Assembly: GCF_004010195.1 (NCBI RefSeq)
Contig: NC_057756.1
Span: forward strand, 3,330,653 to 3,394,652
Length of the DNA: 64,000 nucleotides
From: Chiloscyllium plagiosum
Lineage: Eukaryota
Direction of reading: 5' to 3'
The notes under the pieces were generated by a model. That model was not told the DNA's origin. It saw only the letters and a list, made by a program, of their open reading frames with translations, and ran no database searches. How positions within the stretch are numbered: the stretch's first letter is position 1; the number at the start of each line of letters is the position of its first letter. Position numbers and translations under genes: made by a program. This document shows positions 54,571-64,000 of the stretch, piece by piece.

Positions 54571-54591
54571 ACCTTCAAAGAAGCCAAGCAG
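54571..54591 (+). CDS. 21-nt phase-1 heptad micro-exon, DLQRSQA
   Basis: Acceptor tttgcttttatgtgtgaattcacAG; exon ACCTTCAAAGAAGCCAAGCAG; donor CAG|gtaaga; 15/21 identical to 11849-11869. Confidence 0.8.
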
Positions 54592-56286
54592 GTAAGATGT
54601 TAATAAAATAAGATATCTCAGAAGTCTGTACAACTTCAGAAAATGGAGCATCTTAAAAGTAAGGCTTGCTGCTTCTTCACCGAGTGCTTTGTATCACACA
54701 AACTTTTCCTTCAGTTTCGATCTGGAAAAAACTTAAACAATAAAAAGTAATTTAAATTATAGACTGCATGTATGTTGGAGCTTTGTAATTGTTCTTCATT
54801 CGAGCCATGCTTTTGACTATTTGGCTGTGGTAACAATTTCAGATTTTCTAAGCATATTTAAAATGTGTTTAAGATGCTTCACTTTGGACTCACATTCAGC
54901 ATGCCTATTCACAATGTCAATGTCAAATGTTTGCTTATGGGGGTGGATGTGACGTTTTTATTTCAAACTGAAAATTTATTTTTTTAGTTTTCTGTGGATC
55001 TTATTTTTATCAGCCATTAGATTGTAAGCGCCATTGCTTCACGATTGATATGATCTCGGTTTCCGAAGTGAGTTGGTGACAGGACCAAATACTGGACAAG
55101 ACAGATGGCATGCATTCGAACAATTGGAAGTTATTAGCTGTTTTCAAATAAAAAGGCATTGTCTTGGCAATCTATGAGTACTGACGCAGTGGTGGTCTGT
55201 AAAGCTGCGAAAATTAATTGTAGATGTTCAGATATTGGTGTTCCAAGGTATGTAGAAAGGTTACTGAAAACCAGAAGAGTGATTAAGAACATCAGGGTTT
55301 CTGGTTACTTGTTGTTTTAGCTTTTTCGTTTAAGAGATGCTAAGAAGAAGAAAATGCAGCATTAGATTTTTGGTGAATCCCATATAGATCCAACATGGAA
55401 ATGGAGAAAGTAGTCATATCTTGATATGTCAGTCGGATTCTGCTTCCCCAATATCGATAGTCCTCACTTTGTCTCCATATCTCCACAACTTGTAAGCATA
55501 GTATTAATGAATTCAATCAACAGATGCAATGGGAGAGTCAATACGAGTGCGAATCTGGTGACAAAATAGTCTAACAGTCGAATGTTACCATTTAATTTGG
55601 TGTGACCTGAACGTTTCATAGCAAATCTAATATGCAACGGTGATTTGTGTCCAATCAAATCACATTTCTCATGTTTCGTTAGTTGTAGAGTTAACACAGT
55701 TCAGGAGAAATACGACAGCGTAACATTTCAGTTCATCAACAGAATCAAGACTATATTCTTGTGTTGCACATCTGCTTCTTCGTAGTAGATAAGAAATCGA
55801 CTATTTCATAAATATGGAGAACGGAAGGGGAGACTTAAGCTTTTTGCAGCAGCAACAGAGAGTTCGTGGTAACAAAGCAGAGCATTGATTGAGTAGAAGT
55901 GAACGTATCAATTTGCATCAAAATGTAACGTGAAAACTATTAAAATGGGAGGTGAAACATGAGAGAACTTGTTTTTTTTAAAAGTGACCTACATACATAT
56001 TCAAATACTTTACAGTATTTCTGTGATTTCAAACGGCCCATGCTCTTTTTTGCCTCAAGAATCAAGTTTGGCTCCTATCATGACAGATTGCCAGTTTGAT
56101 TAAATACATTTTTATTTTTGAAAGCAAAATCCATTGTCATTCTTTTAATCTCTGCAATAATGTACCAGAGGATCACACTGGAAAATACATGGTTGCCCAT
56201 TCTGTGGGCTCTTGAATTGTAATTTAAACCACTTTTCTATTGAAAGGAAATAAAAATGCTCAAGGTTTGTCGGGATAAACTATGCT

Positions 56287-58157
56287 CAAAGTTTGTGAGA
56301 AGATTTGTAGCTCGGGTGCTCGTTGCTGTGGTTCTGTTCGCCGAGCTGGAAGTTCTTGTTGCAAACGTTTCGTCCCCTGTCTAGGTGACATCCTCAGTGC
56401 TTGCGAGCCTCCTGTGAAGCGCTTCTGTGGTGTTTCCTCCGGCATTTATAGTGGCCTGTCCCTGCCGCTTCCGGTTGTCAGTTTCAGCTGTCCGCTGTCG
56501 TGGCCGGTATATTGCCGGTATATTGGGTCCAGGTAAATGTGTTTGTTGATGGTCTTTGTGGATAAAGTGCCATGCTTCTAGGAATTCCCTGGCTGTTCTT
56601 TGTTTGGCTTGCCCTATAATGGTAGTGTTGTCCCAGTCAAATTCATGTTACTTGTCGTCTGCGTGTGTGGCTACGAGGGATAGCTGGTAGTGTCGTTTCG
56701 TGGCTAGTTGATGTTCGTGGATGCGGATCGTTAGTTGTCTTCCTGTTTGTCCGATATAGTGTTTTGTGCTGTCCTTGCATGGGATTTTGTACACTACATT
56801 AGTTTTGCTCATGCTGGGTATCGAGTCCTTCGTTCTGGTGAGTTGTTGTCCGAGTGTGGCTATTGGTTTGTGAGCTGTTATAAGTCCTAGTGGTCGCAGT
56901 AGTCTGGCTGTCATTTCAGAGATGTTCTTGATGTATGGTAGTGTGGCTAGTACTTTGGGTTGAGGCATGTCCTCGTTCCGTTGTCGTTCCCTTGGGCATC
57001 TGTTGATGAAATTGCGAGGATATCCGTTTTTGGCGAATACCTTGTATAGGTGTTCCTCTTCTTCTTTTTGCAGTTCTGGTGTACTGCAGTGTGTTGTGGC
57101 CCTTTTGAATAGTGTCCTGATGCAGCTTCGTTTGTGTGTGTTGGGGTGGTTACTTTCATAGTTTAGGACTTGGTCTGTGTGTGTGGCTTTCCTGTGTACC
57201 TTAGTGGTTAATTCTCCGTTTGGTGTTCTCTGTACCAACACCTCTAGGAATGGGAGTTGGCTATCCTTTTCTTCTTCTCTCGTGAATCGGATTCCTGTGA
57301 GTGTGGGGTTGATGATCCGGTGTGTTTTCTCTATTTCTGTGTTTTTAATGATTACAAAGGTGTCATCAACGTATCTGACCCCGAGTTTGGGTTGAATTTG
57401 TGGTAAGACTGTTTGTTCTAACCTTTGCATTACTGCTTCTGCTATGAGTCCCGAGATCGGTGAGCCCATGGGTGTTCTGTTGATTTGTTCTTATATCTGG
57501 TTGTTGAATGTGAAGTGTGTTGTGAGGCACAAGTCCAGTAGTTTAAGTATGCCGTCTTTGATGTTGTTGTCTGTTATGTCTGTTCAGCAGGTTGGCTATT
57601 GTTTCTCTGGCTAGGGCTTTGTCAATAGAGGTGAACAGTGCCGTTACGTCGAATGAGACCATGGTTTCTTCCTTGTCTATGTGTGTATTTCTGATGATGT
57701 CCAAGAATTCCTGTGTTGATTGTATAGAGTGTCTGGATCCGCTGATCAGGTGTTTCAGTTTCTGCTGTAGTTCTTTCACCAGTTTGTGTGATGGTGTCCC
57801 TGGTAGTGATACTATGGGTCTGAGTGGGATGCCTGGTTTGTAAACTTTAGGTAGTCCATAGAATCTGGGGGTGTTGTTGCTTTCAGGTATCATTATTTGT
57901 AGGTCAGACCTGGTTATCTGTCCGTTTTTTTTTGGAGGTTCCTCAGTGTGTTGTTTATCCTATTGGTGAGCTGGGGGGTGGGTTCAGCTCACCTCTTTTG
58001 GTAGGTGTTGATATCTGCAAGTAGTTGTTGTGCTTTTTGGATGTACTCTGCTTTGTCCAGGATGACCGTCATTCTGCCTTTGTCTGCTGGTAGTATGATT
58101 ATGTTCTTATCTTTTCTTAGTGATTTTAGTGCTTCCCTCTCCTTGGTGTTGAGGTTA
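56287..58157 (-). mobile_element. Penelope/Poseidon-type PLE, left arm (RT + GIY-YIG; frameshifts and a premature stop)
   Basis: NIIILPADKGRMTV; FYGLPKVYKPGIPLRPIVS; MVSFDVTALFTSI; MGSPISG...RYVDDTF; VVYKIPCKDSTKHYIGQTGR; hammerhead at 56361-56400. Confidence 0.95.
56361..56400 (-). ncRNA. Minimal type I hammerhead ribozyme motif
   Basis: Reverse complement gcaCTGAGGAtgtcacctagacaggggacGAAACgtttgc. Confidence 0.8.
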
Positions 58158-60134
58158 TCCTGCACTAATCCTGCGCCAACCGCCTCAGCGCCACATACGA
58201 ACAATTCCAGTTGCTGCATGAATGCCGAAAGAATCGAATCCTTCCACCAAGTGTCAGATACAGACCGCCAGTCAACAACCCACAAGCCAGGGACACAGCC
58301 AGACAGAACGGACCCAGGATGATCCAGGTAATGATTACAGACGCTCACAACAGACTTCACAGATACAGACAAGAAATTGCGCGCCAAAAGTCGTTAATTT
58401 CAAAAACCACTAATCAGGAATGGTCCCGGACCATAGAACAGGCTGTCACCATAGGACAGAACAAGACTACACACCTCAAAAAAACGGCACTAAAAGAAAA
58501 TATGGCCAAACTATCACACAACAAAGAGGACACCACAACACACACCTGGGTTAAAAACTTCTCCCTCAGACAGCTCACAGACACAGAAAGAACAATACTG
58601 GCCAAGGGACTCAACTACAACCACAGGGACGCCAAGACAGCAGACTTCCTAGCAGCACGAGAATGCACACTCAAGAACAATGGACTGACAGAGGAGACAC
58701 AACAATCAGTGAGACAAAGTATCGTACCCCTGATAACAAGGAATAGCCAACCTGCTGAACAAACATAACAGACAACAGGACGTTGAACCTATCAACAAAG
58801 ACGGCATACTTAAACTACTGGACTTGTGCCTCACAGCACACTTCACATTCAACAACCAGATATACGAACAAATCAACGGAACACCCACGGGCTCACCGAT
58901 CTCGGGACTCATAGCAGAAGCAGTAATGCAACGGTTAGAACAAACAGTCTTACCACAAATTCAACCCAAACTCCCATTCCTCGACGTGAGGGTACAGAGA
59001 ACACCTAACGGAGAATTCACCACCAAGGTACACAGGAAAGCCACACACACATACCAAGTCCTGAACTATGAAAGCAACCACCCCAATACACACAAACGAT
59101 ACGTTGATGACACCTTTGTAATCATTAAAAACACGGAAATAGAGAAAACACACCGGATCATCAACTCCACACTCACAGGAATCCGATTGACGAGAGAGGA
59201 AGAAAAGGACAACCAACTCCCATTCCTAGACGTGAGGGTACAGAGAACACCTAACGGAGAATTCACCTCCAAGGTACACAGGAAAGCCACACACACAGAC
59301 CAAGTCCTGAACTATGAAAGCAACCACCCCAATACACACAAACGAAGTTGCATCAAGACACTATTCAAAAGAGCCACAACACACTGCAGCACACCAGAAC
59401 TGCAAAAAGAGGAAGAGGAACACCTATACAAGGTATTCGCCAAAAACGGATATCCTGGCAATTTCATCAACAGATACCTAAGGGAACGACAACGGAACGA
59501 GGACATGCCTCAACCCAAGGACTAGCCACACTGCCATACATCAAGAACATCTCTGAAATGACAGCCAGACTACTGCGACCACTAGGACTTATAACAGCAC
59601 ACAAACCAATAGCCACACTCAGACAACAACTTACCAGAACGAAGGACCCGATACCCAGCATGAGCAAAACTAATGTAGTGTACAAAATCCCATGCAAGGA
59701 CTGCACAAAACACTATATCGGACAAACAGGAAGACAGCTAACGATCCGCATCCACGAACATCAACTAGCCACGAAACGACACGACCAGCTATCCCTAGTG
59801 GCCACACACGCAGACGACAAGTAACATGAATTTGACTGGGACAACACTACCATTATAGGGCAAGCCAAACAAAGAACAGCCAGGGAATTCCTAGAAGCAT
59901 GGCACTCATCCACAAACTCCATCAACAAACACATCGACCTGGACCCAATATACCGGCCACTACAGCGGACAGCTGAAACTGACAACCGGAAGCGGCAGGG
60001 AGAGGCCACTATAAAAGCCGGAGGAAACACCAAAGAAGCGCTTCACAAGAGGCTCCCAAGCACTGAGGATGTCACCTAGACAGGGGACGAAACGTTTGCA
60101 ACAAAACTTCCAGCTCGGCGAACAGAACCACAGC
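58158..60134 (+). mobile_element. Penelope/Poseidon-type PLE, right arm (N-terminal domain, internal deletion, RT core, GIY-YIG)
   Basis: LHECRKNRILPPSV...WVKNFSLRQLTDTERTILAKGLNYN; EQINGTPTGSPISG...YVDDTF; VVYKIPCKDCTKHYIGQTGR; hammerhead at 60060-60099. Confidence 0.95.
60060..60099 (+). ncRNA. Minimal type I hammerhead ribozyme motif
   Basis: gcaCTGAGGAtgtcacctagacaggggacGAAACgtttgc. Confidence 0.8.
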
Positions 60135-61289
60135 ATAAACTATGCTTTAAATAATTGTGAGCATTCTTGAGTTACCAAAACGAATCAATACGTGAATCAG
60201 CCTGCATTTATAATGAAAAGTGCGCATGCAGAAGCAATAATTGACAAAGTTGAGACAATTTGTAAAATATCTTTGCGCTGTGCAGATAATGTAATAAATT
60301 TGTTGTCAAGTACCTCAGTTCAGCAATTCTTCTGTTAAGACCTGATTGGTAAACAGATAGCAATGTGTTCGCAGGATCCAACAACATTCGGCATATTACA
60401 TTTAGAATTGCCTTGGTGACCAGGTGACTCTTTCCATATGAACTCCATAGATGTCACTGTCAAGACCATTGACATTTCTGTAACAACTCATCATTTGAAA
60501 AATCACTACTGGCCGTTTCTTAACTCAGTTGCTGGAACATTCGAAACATGATTGTATCTATGTAGATTGCGTTAACTTATATGGTGATGGACATGGGATG
60601 GTCAGATAGCCTGAAAACTGAGAAAATATTTTCAATACAGGTAAGAAACTGTATGATTCAGGGAAACGCCTAAAGGTGCGACTGACATTATTGTGCATGT
60701 CCACAAATCCTCACTTTTACAACAAAGGGAGATATGATCGTCGAGAAATTTTTAGTTAGATTGCCTTCATGAGACAAGGAATAGAGTTATTCCTTGTATA
60801 TGCATGAAGCTGGCTCGGCTAACCTTAATTGTCTTTCCTTCAATTAGCAAAGGCGATTAAAACTGGACCGCATGCTGTTCTCCCCAGTCTGAAATAACAC
60901 ACACGCGAGCCCCCAAATAAATCGAACATATTTTATTCACCAGAGGATTTAAATAACCCGGTTATAGATTTCTTCTGCAATGAATGACAGACTCTTGGTC
61001 ATCCTTGGCCTCTATAATAAATTCCAGTTCTAAGTATCGTAGACTTTGAGTTAAGATATTCACCATTGTCTGTTTCATAATTCGTTCCTCATGACATGTT
61101 TTGATCCTATTTAAGTAGCAGCATGATGTTAGAATTTGGTCATTAGTTGAAGAAACATTCCTTTGGAAATGTATACAACTTTGACTTGGACACAGGTAGA
61201 TTTTGGTTTGCCAAGCCAGTATACAGATTACATGAGGAATATGTTTGCATCAGAGTATGCACAGTGAAGATTGACAACACATTTTTTTT

Positions 61290-61381
61290 TAGATTACATT
61301 AGATTACATTACAGTGTGGAAACAGGCCGCCGCCCACCACTGTGCCACCGTGCCGCCCACCACTGTGCCACCGTGCCGCCC
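61290..61381 (-). mobile_element. Collapsed HE1-type SINE: tail joined to a tandemly repeated 5' head
   Basis: tagattacattagattacattacagtgtggaaacaggcc + gccgccc + (accactgtgccaccgtgccgccc)x2; flanking cacattt duplication. Confidence 0.85.
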
Positions 61382-61399
61382 ACATTTGTCTAGGTTCGT

Positions 61400-62490
61400 G
61401 AGTGTCTGTAATGTTGATAGATGGAAGAAAGTTTGTTTTTGCATTGGAGCATAGTAGACTGTATTTGGTCATGAAAAGTAGAAGTAATTGTGGAAATGTG
61501 TGAAGGTCTTGAGAGGTACCACGTGTACAAACGATAGCAGAAAACTTTTGATCAAGATGAGATTAAAGGGAATATGAAACCCCAATTTCGTAGGAAGATA
61601 ATGGCCCAATCTCCCACAAATTGCTGAAATGTTGTGATCATGAAGCATAGGTCAATAGTTTCAGTTCCAAAGCAAATGCGTTAATGTGAAATTTGGGGGT
61701 TATATAAAAATGGGTGAGAAGGCAAGGTATGAGAATGATACAAAGTGTTGAAAGAGAGACACTAAAGTGTTAGTTAAATAAAAAAGAAAAGAAAAACAAA
61801 TGCATCCGGAATATTTTCTTGAAAAATGGAAGTTGTTCATTTTCAAATGAAGGACAAAACCAGCAAATCACTTTACAACAAAAATGCAGAAAATAGAGCA
61901 CAGAGAGACATGGAGATGTGTTTGCACAAAACGCCGAAAGCTAGAACCCAGTGGTCCAGGCAATCAGCAAGTTTGATCGAGTTGGAATATATGTAAAGTA
62001 TGTTAATGTTTTGTGGTAGTGAAGTCATACTGCAATAGCTCAAAATGCAGGTGATAATACACCATGATTTACAGAGCAGAGTTTTGATGCTTTACCAAAC
62101 GAGAAATTGGAGTCAGTGTGAAGCAGGTTCATTCAGATGATATAAATGCAAATCGGCAAATGTTTTGAAGAGGTTTGTTGGGCAGATGCGGAAAGGATAT
62201 CCCGAATGTGGGAAATTCCAGAAACAATAGGCATTTCTCAGTATACATGAAGCAGGCGTTAATGAATAAGATCACGTAAAATTTCTTCTCTCAGAGGTTT
62301 CAGAATGTTGAGAACTTTTTGCTAAAAATGTGCTTCGTGAACAGAACCTTAGCGTTTATTTTTGACTGATAAAGAAGTATCCTCATTAATGCTGGAATTA
62401 AATATTATAATAAAACTCAGTAACGTGGATGTAAGGAATTTCGGATCCACCGTGATCCAATTGAATGATGGAGAATGTTGAAAGTGGAGA
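61400..62490 (+). mobile_element. Very decayed CR1-like LINE remnant
   Basis: Patches such as atttcttctctcagagg...tgttgagaac and the tail gatccaccgtgatccaattgaatgatggag resemble CR1 3' regions. Confidence 0.4.
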
Positions 62491-62494
62491 ATAA

Positions 62495-63206
62495 AATAGA
62501 ATATCGTGATTGTCATGTGTGATCAAGTATGGAAATGCAGGAATTCATTGAAAACTTTACAATGTCACTCTTTTTGGCGATAAATTAATTGCAACTTACA
62601 GAGGTACAAACTTTAGACATCAAATACAGAAATATGGGGAGAAAAAAAGAAACTAAAAAAGTTGCATTAAAAAAAGTTAATCGTAGTGTATGTTAGAAAA
62701 ATGGGAACATGTCGAAAAACATAAGCATTTCCACTTTCTTTTCAGCAGATCAGCGCTGGGGTTTTTTCATAAATGGTCTGCGTCGGCTCAAAAGTCATTG
62801 ACCAATCGCACTGGTCCCCAGTCCAAACACCACCCTGCTCTGCTCAGACCTGCAGCCCACAGGCCATGCCCATTCCACTTGAGTGTAAAATTCGCTGGCC
62901 ATCCTCTCATCACTCGGGCTTCCAGCCTGTTGACTATTCCCAATCCACGCAATCCTCCAGTCTACATATTGTCCCCACAATGAATGCACCAGCTTCAGGC
63001 TCGTTGGTTATCCTCGTAATTCTCAGGGCCTGCTGATCATCCCTATTCTGCTTGGGCTTCCAGCGGACCCTGCTACCCACCTCCATCCCGCACTACATCC
63101 GGGGAAAACTCCAATAGGGGGAACAGGGGCAAAAGAACAAGTGAACGTGAAATAAGAGAAGAAGGGGAGGCGCTCCAGTTGGAGCTTTCAAATCCACCTC
63201 CATTTG
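62495..63206 (-). mobile_element. Probable non-autonomous retroelement with a GC-rich body, similar in layout to 15820-16752
   Basis: attgtcatgtgt...gaaaactttaca tail side; purine-rich tract then gcgctccag...cctccatttg head side. Confidence 0.35.
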
Positions 63207-64000
63207 ACCAAAAGGGAATTAACTTTCTTGTTCTTATTTCTTATGGACATCTTACGATCCAAATGTTTAAATGTGAATCTGCAATGCAAAAACATTGATG
63301 TTGCTGTGAGCGAAGTGGTCAAAATGGACATACAAGAGTGTGATGTTTATCATTGACTAATCGAATGTAGATGGACTGAGGAACATTTTTGGAACAGTTG
63401 TCATCTTTAATTCTGTGTCAGTATCATTATTCCAGATGCATGCATGTATCCGACACGCCTATCCTGCATTCTCGAACAAAAAGGGCTAGTAACTGATTAG
63501 ATATCAATCTTTAAACATACTTAAAACACTTAAAGCCCTATTTTCTACTGTAAGATACTGTAGTTGGCCTGTTGTAAGTCTCTGTATGATCAAAATAATG
63601 TCATATATTGGCATGTTTTCAAAAATAATATGTAAAAGATTATCTCTTGCATTTGAATTATCATGACATGTCATATAAAAGAGGTCGACGTGGAAAATTT
63701 TCTGACATACCAAAAATTAGAAATTCTAATATTAACAGTTTAATGAAATATTTTTGACTTGTTTGAAGTATGACTTTTTTACTTGAATGACGGTTCATCC
63801 ATGGAGTGCTCTTTCTATACGGATTACTCAAATTTTGGTATAATGCTTCTATAGTGTGTATTTGTTTTAATTTGGTCTTCTCAGATTTTGCCTGGTGACC
63901 TTTCTCAGTAGGACATACATGACATGAGAAGGGATGACCAGCAAACAAACCCGAACCCTTTATTTGAATTTGCTGCAATGGACTAAACTAGTTTTGAATA

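Noticed and set aside
60625..60646. ttttcaatacAG|GTaaga, a recursive-splice-like site (also tttttccAG|GTaatc at 25637)
   Set aside because: A single motif without other support; cannot be distinguished from chance without RNA data
61329..61381. 23-bp direct repeats, superficially CRISPR-like
   Set aside because: No spacers, identical to the SINE 5' end, eukaryotic context

Overview
Eukaryotic, AT-rich, repeat-dense DNA. HE1-type V-SINEs, CR1 LINEs with (AGAACAT)n/(AGAACAA)n tails, Penelope-like elements and Gmr1-type Gypsy elements point to a cartilaginous fish (shark) genome; this is inference. Most of the window is nested transposon debris. It includes two Penelope-like (PLE) families carrying hammerhead ribozyme motifs, a doubly deleted class-I/epsilon-like endogenous retrovirus (~1.95-6.45 kb), several CR1 LINEs, Gmr1-like Gypsy LTR elements and SINEs. 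The ORF track misses a host gene: five + strand, phase-1 micro-exons (21, 21, 54, 21 and 21 nt at 8566, 9867, 11816, 26461 and 54571) splice into one open heptad coiled coil, (D)LTKCQG-DLNNLEG-NRKVRLSRNVA-DLKICQE-ENKKLKD-DLQRSQA. This is the exon architecture of butyrophilin/BG-type cytoplasmic tails; the Ig, TM and B30.2 exons are not visible in the window. The most structurally unusual element is a 3.85-kb tail-out inverted Penelope dimer (56287-60134). It has a perfect 12-bp target-site duplication, complementary internal deletions, a microhomology-bounded 131-bp template-switch duplication and a nonsense codon shared by both arms.
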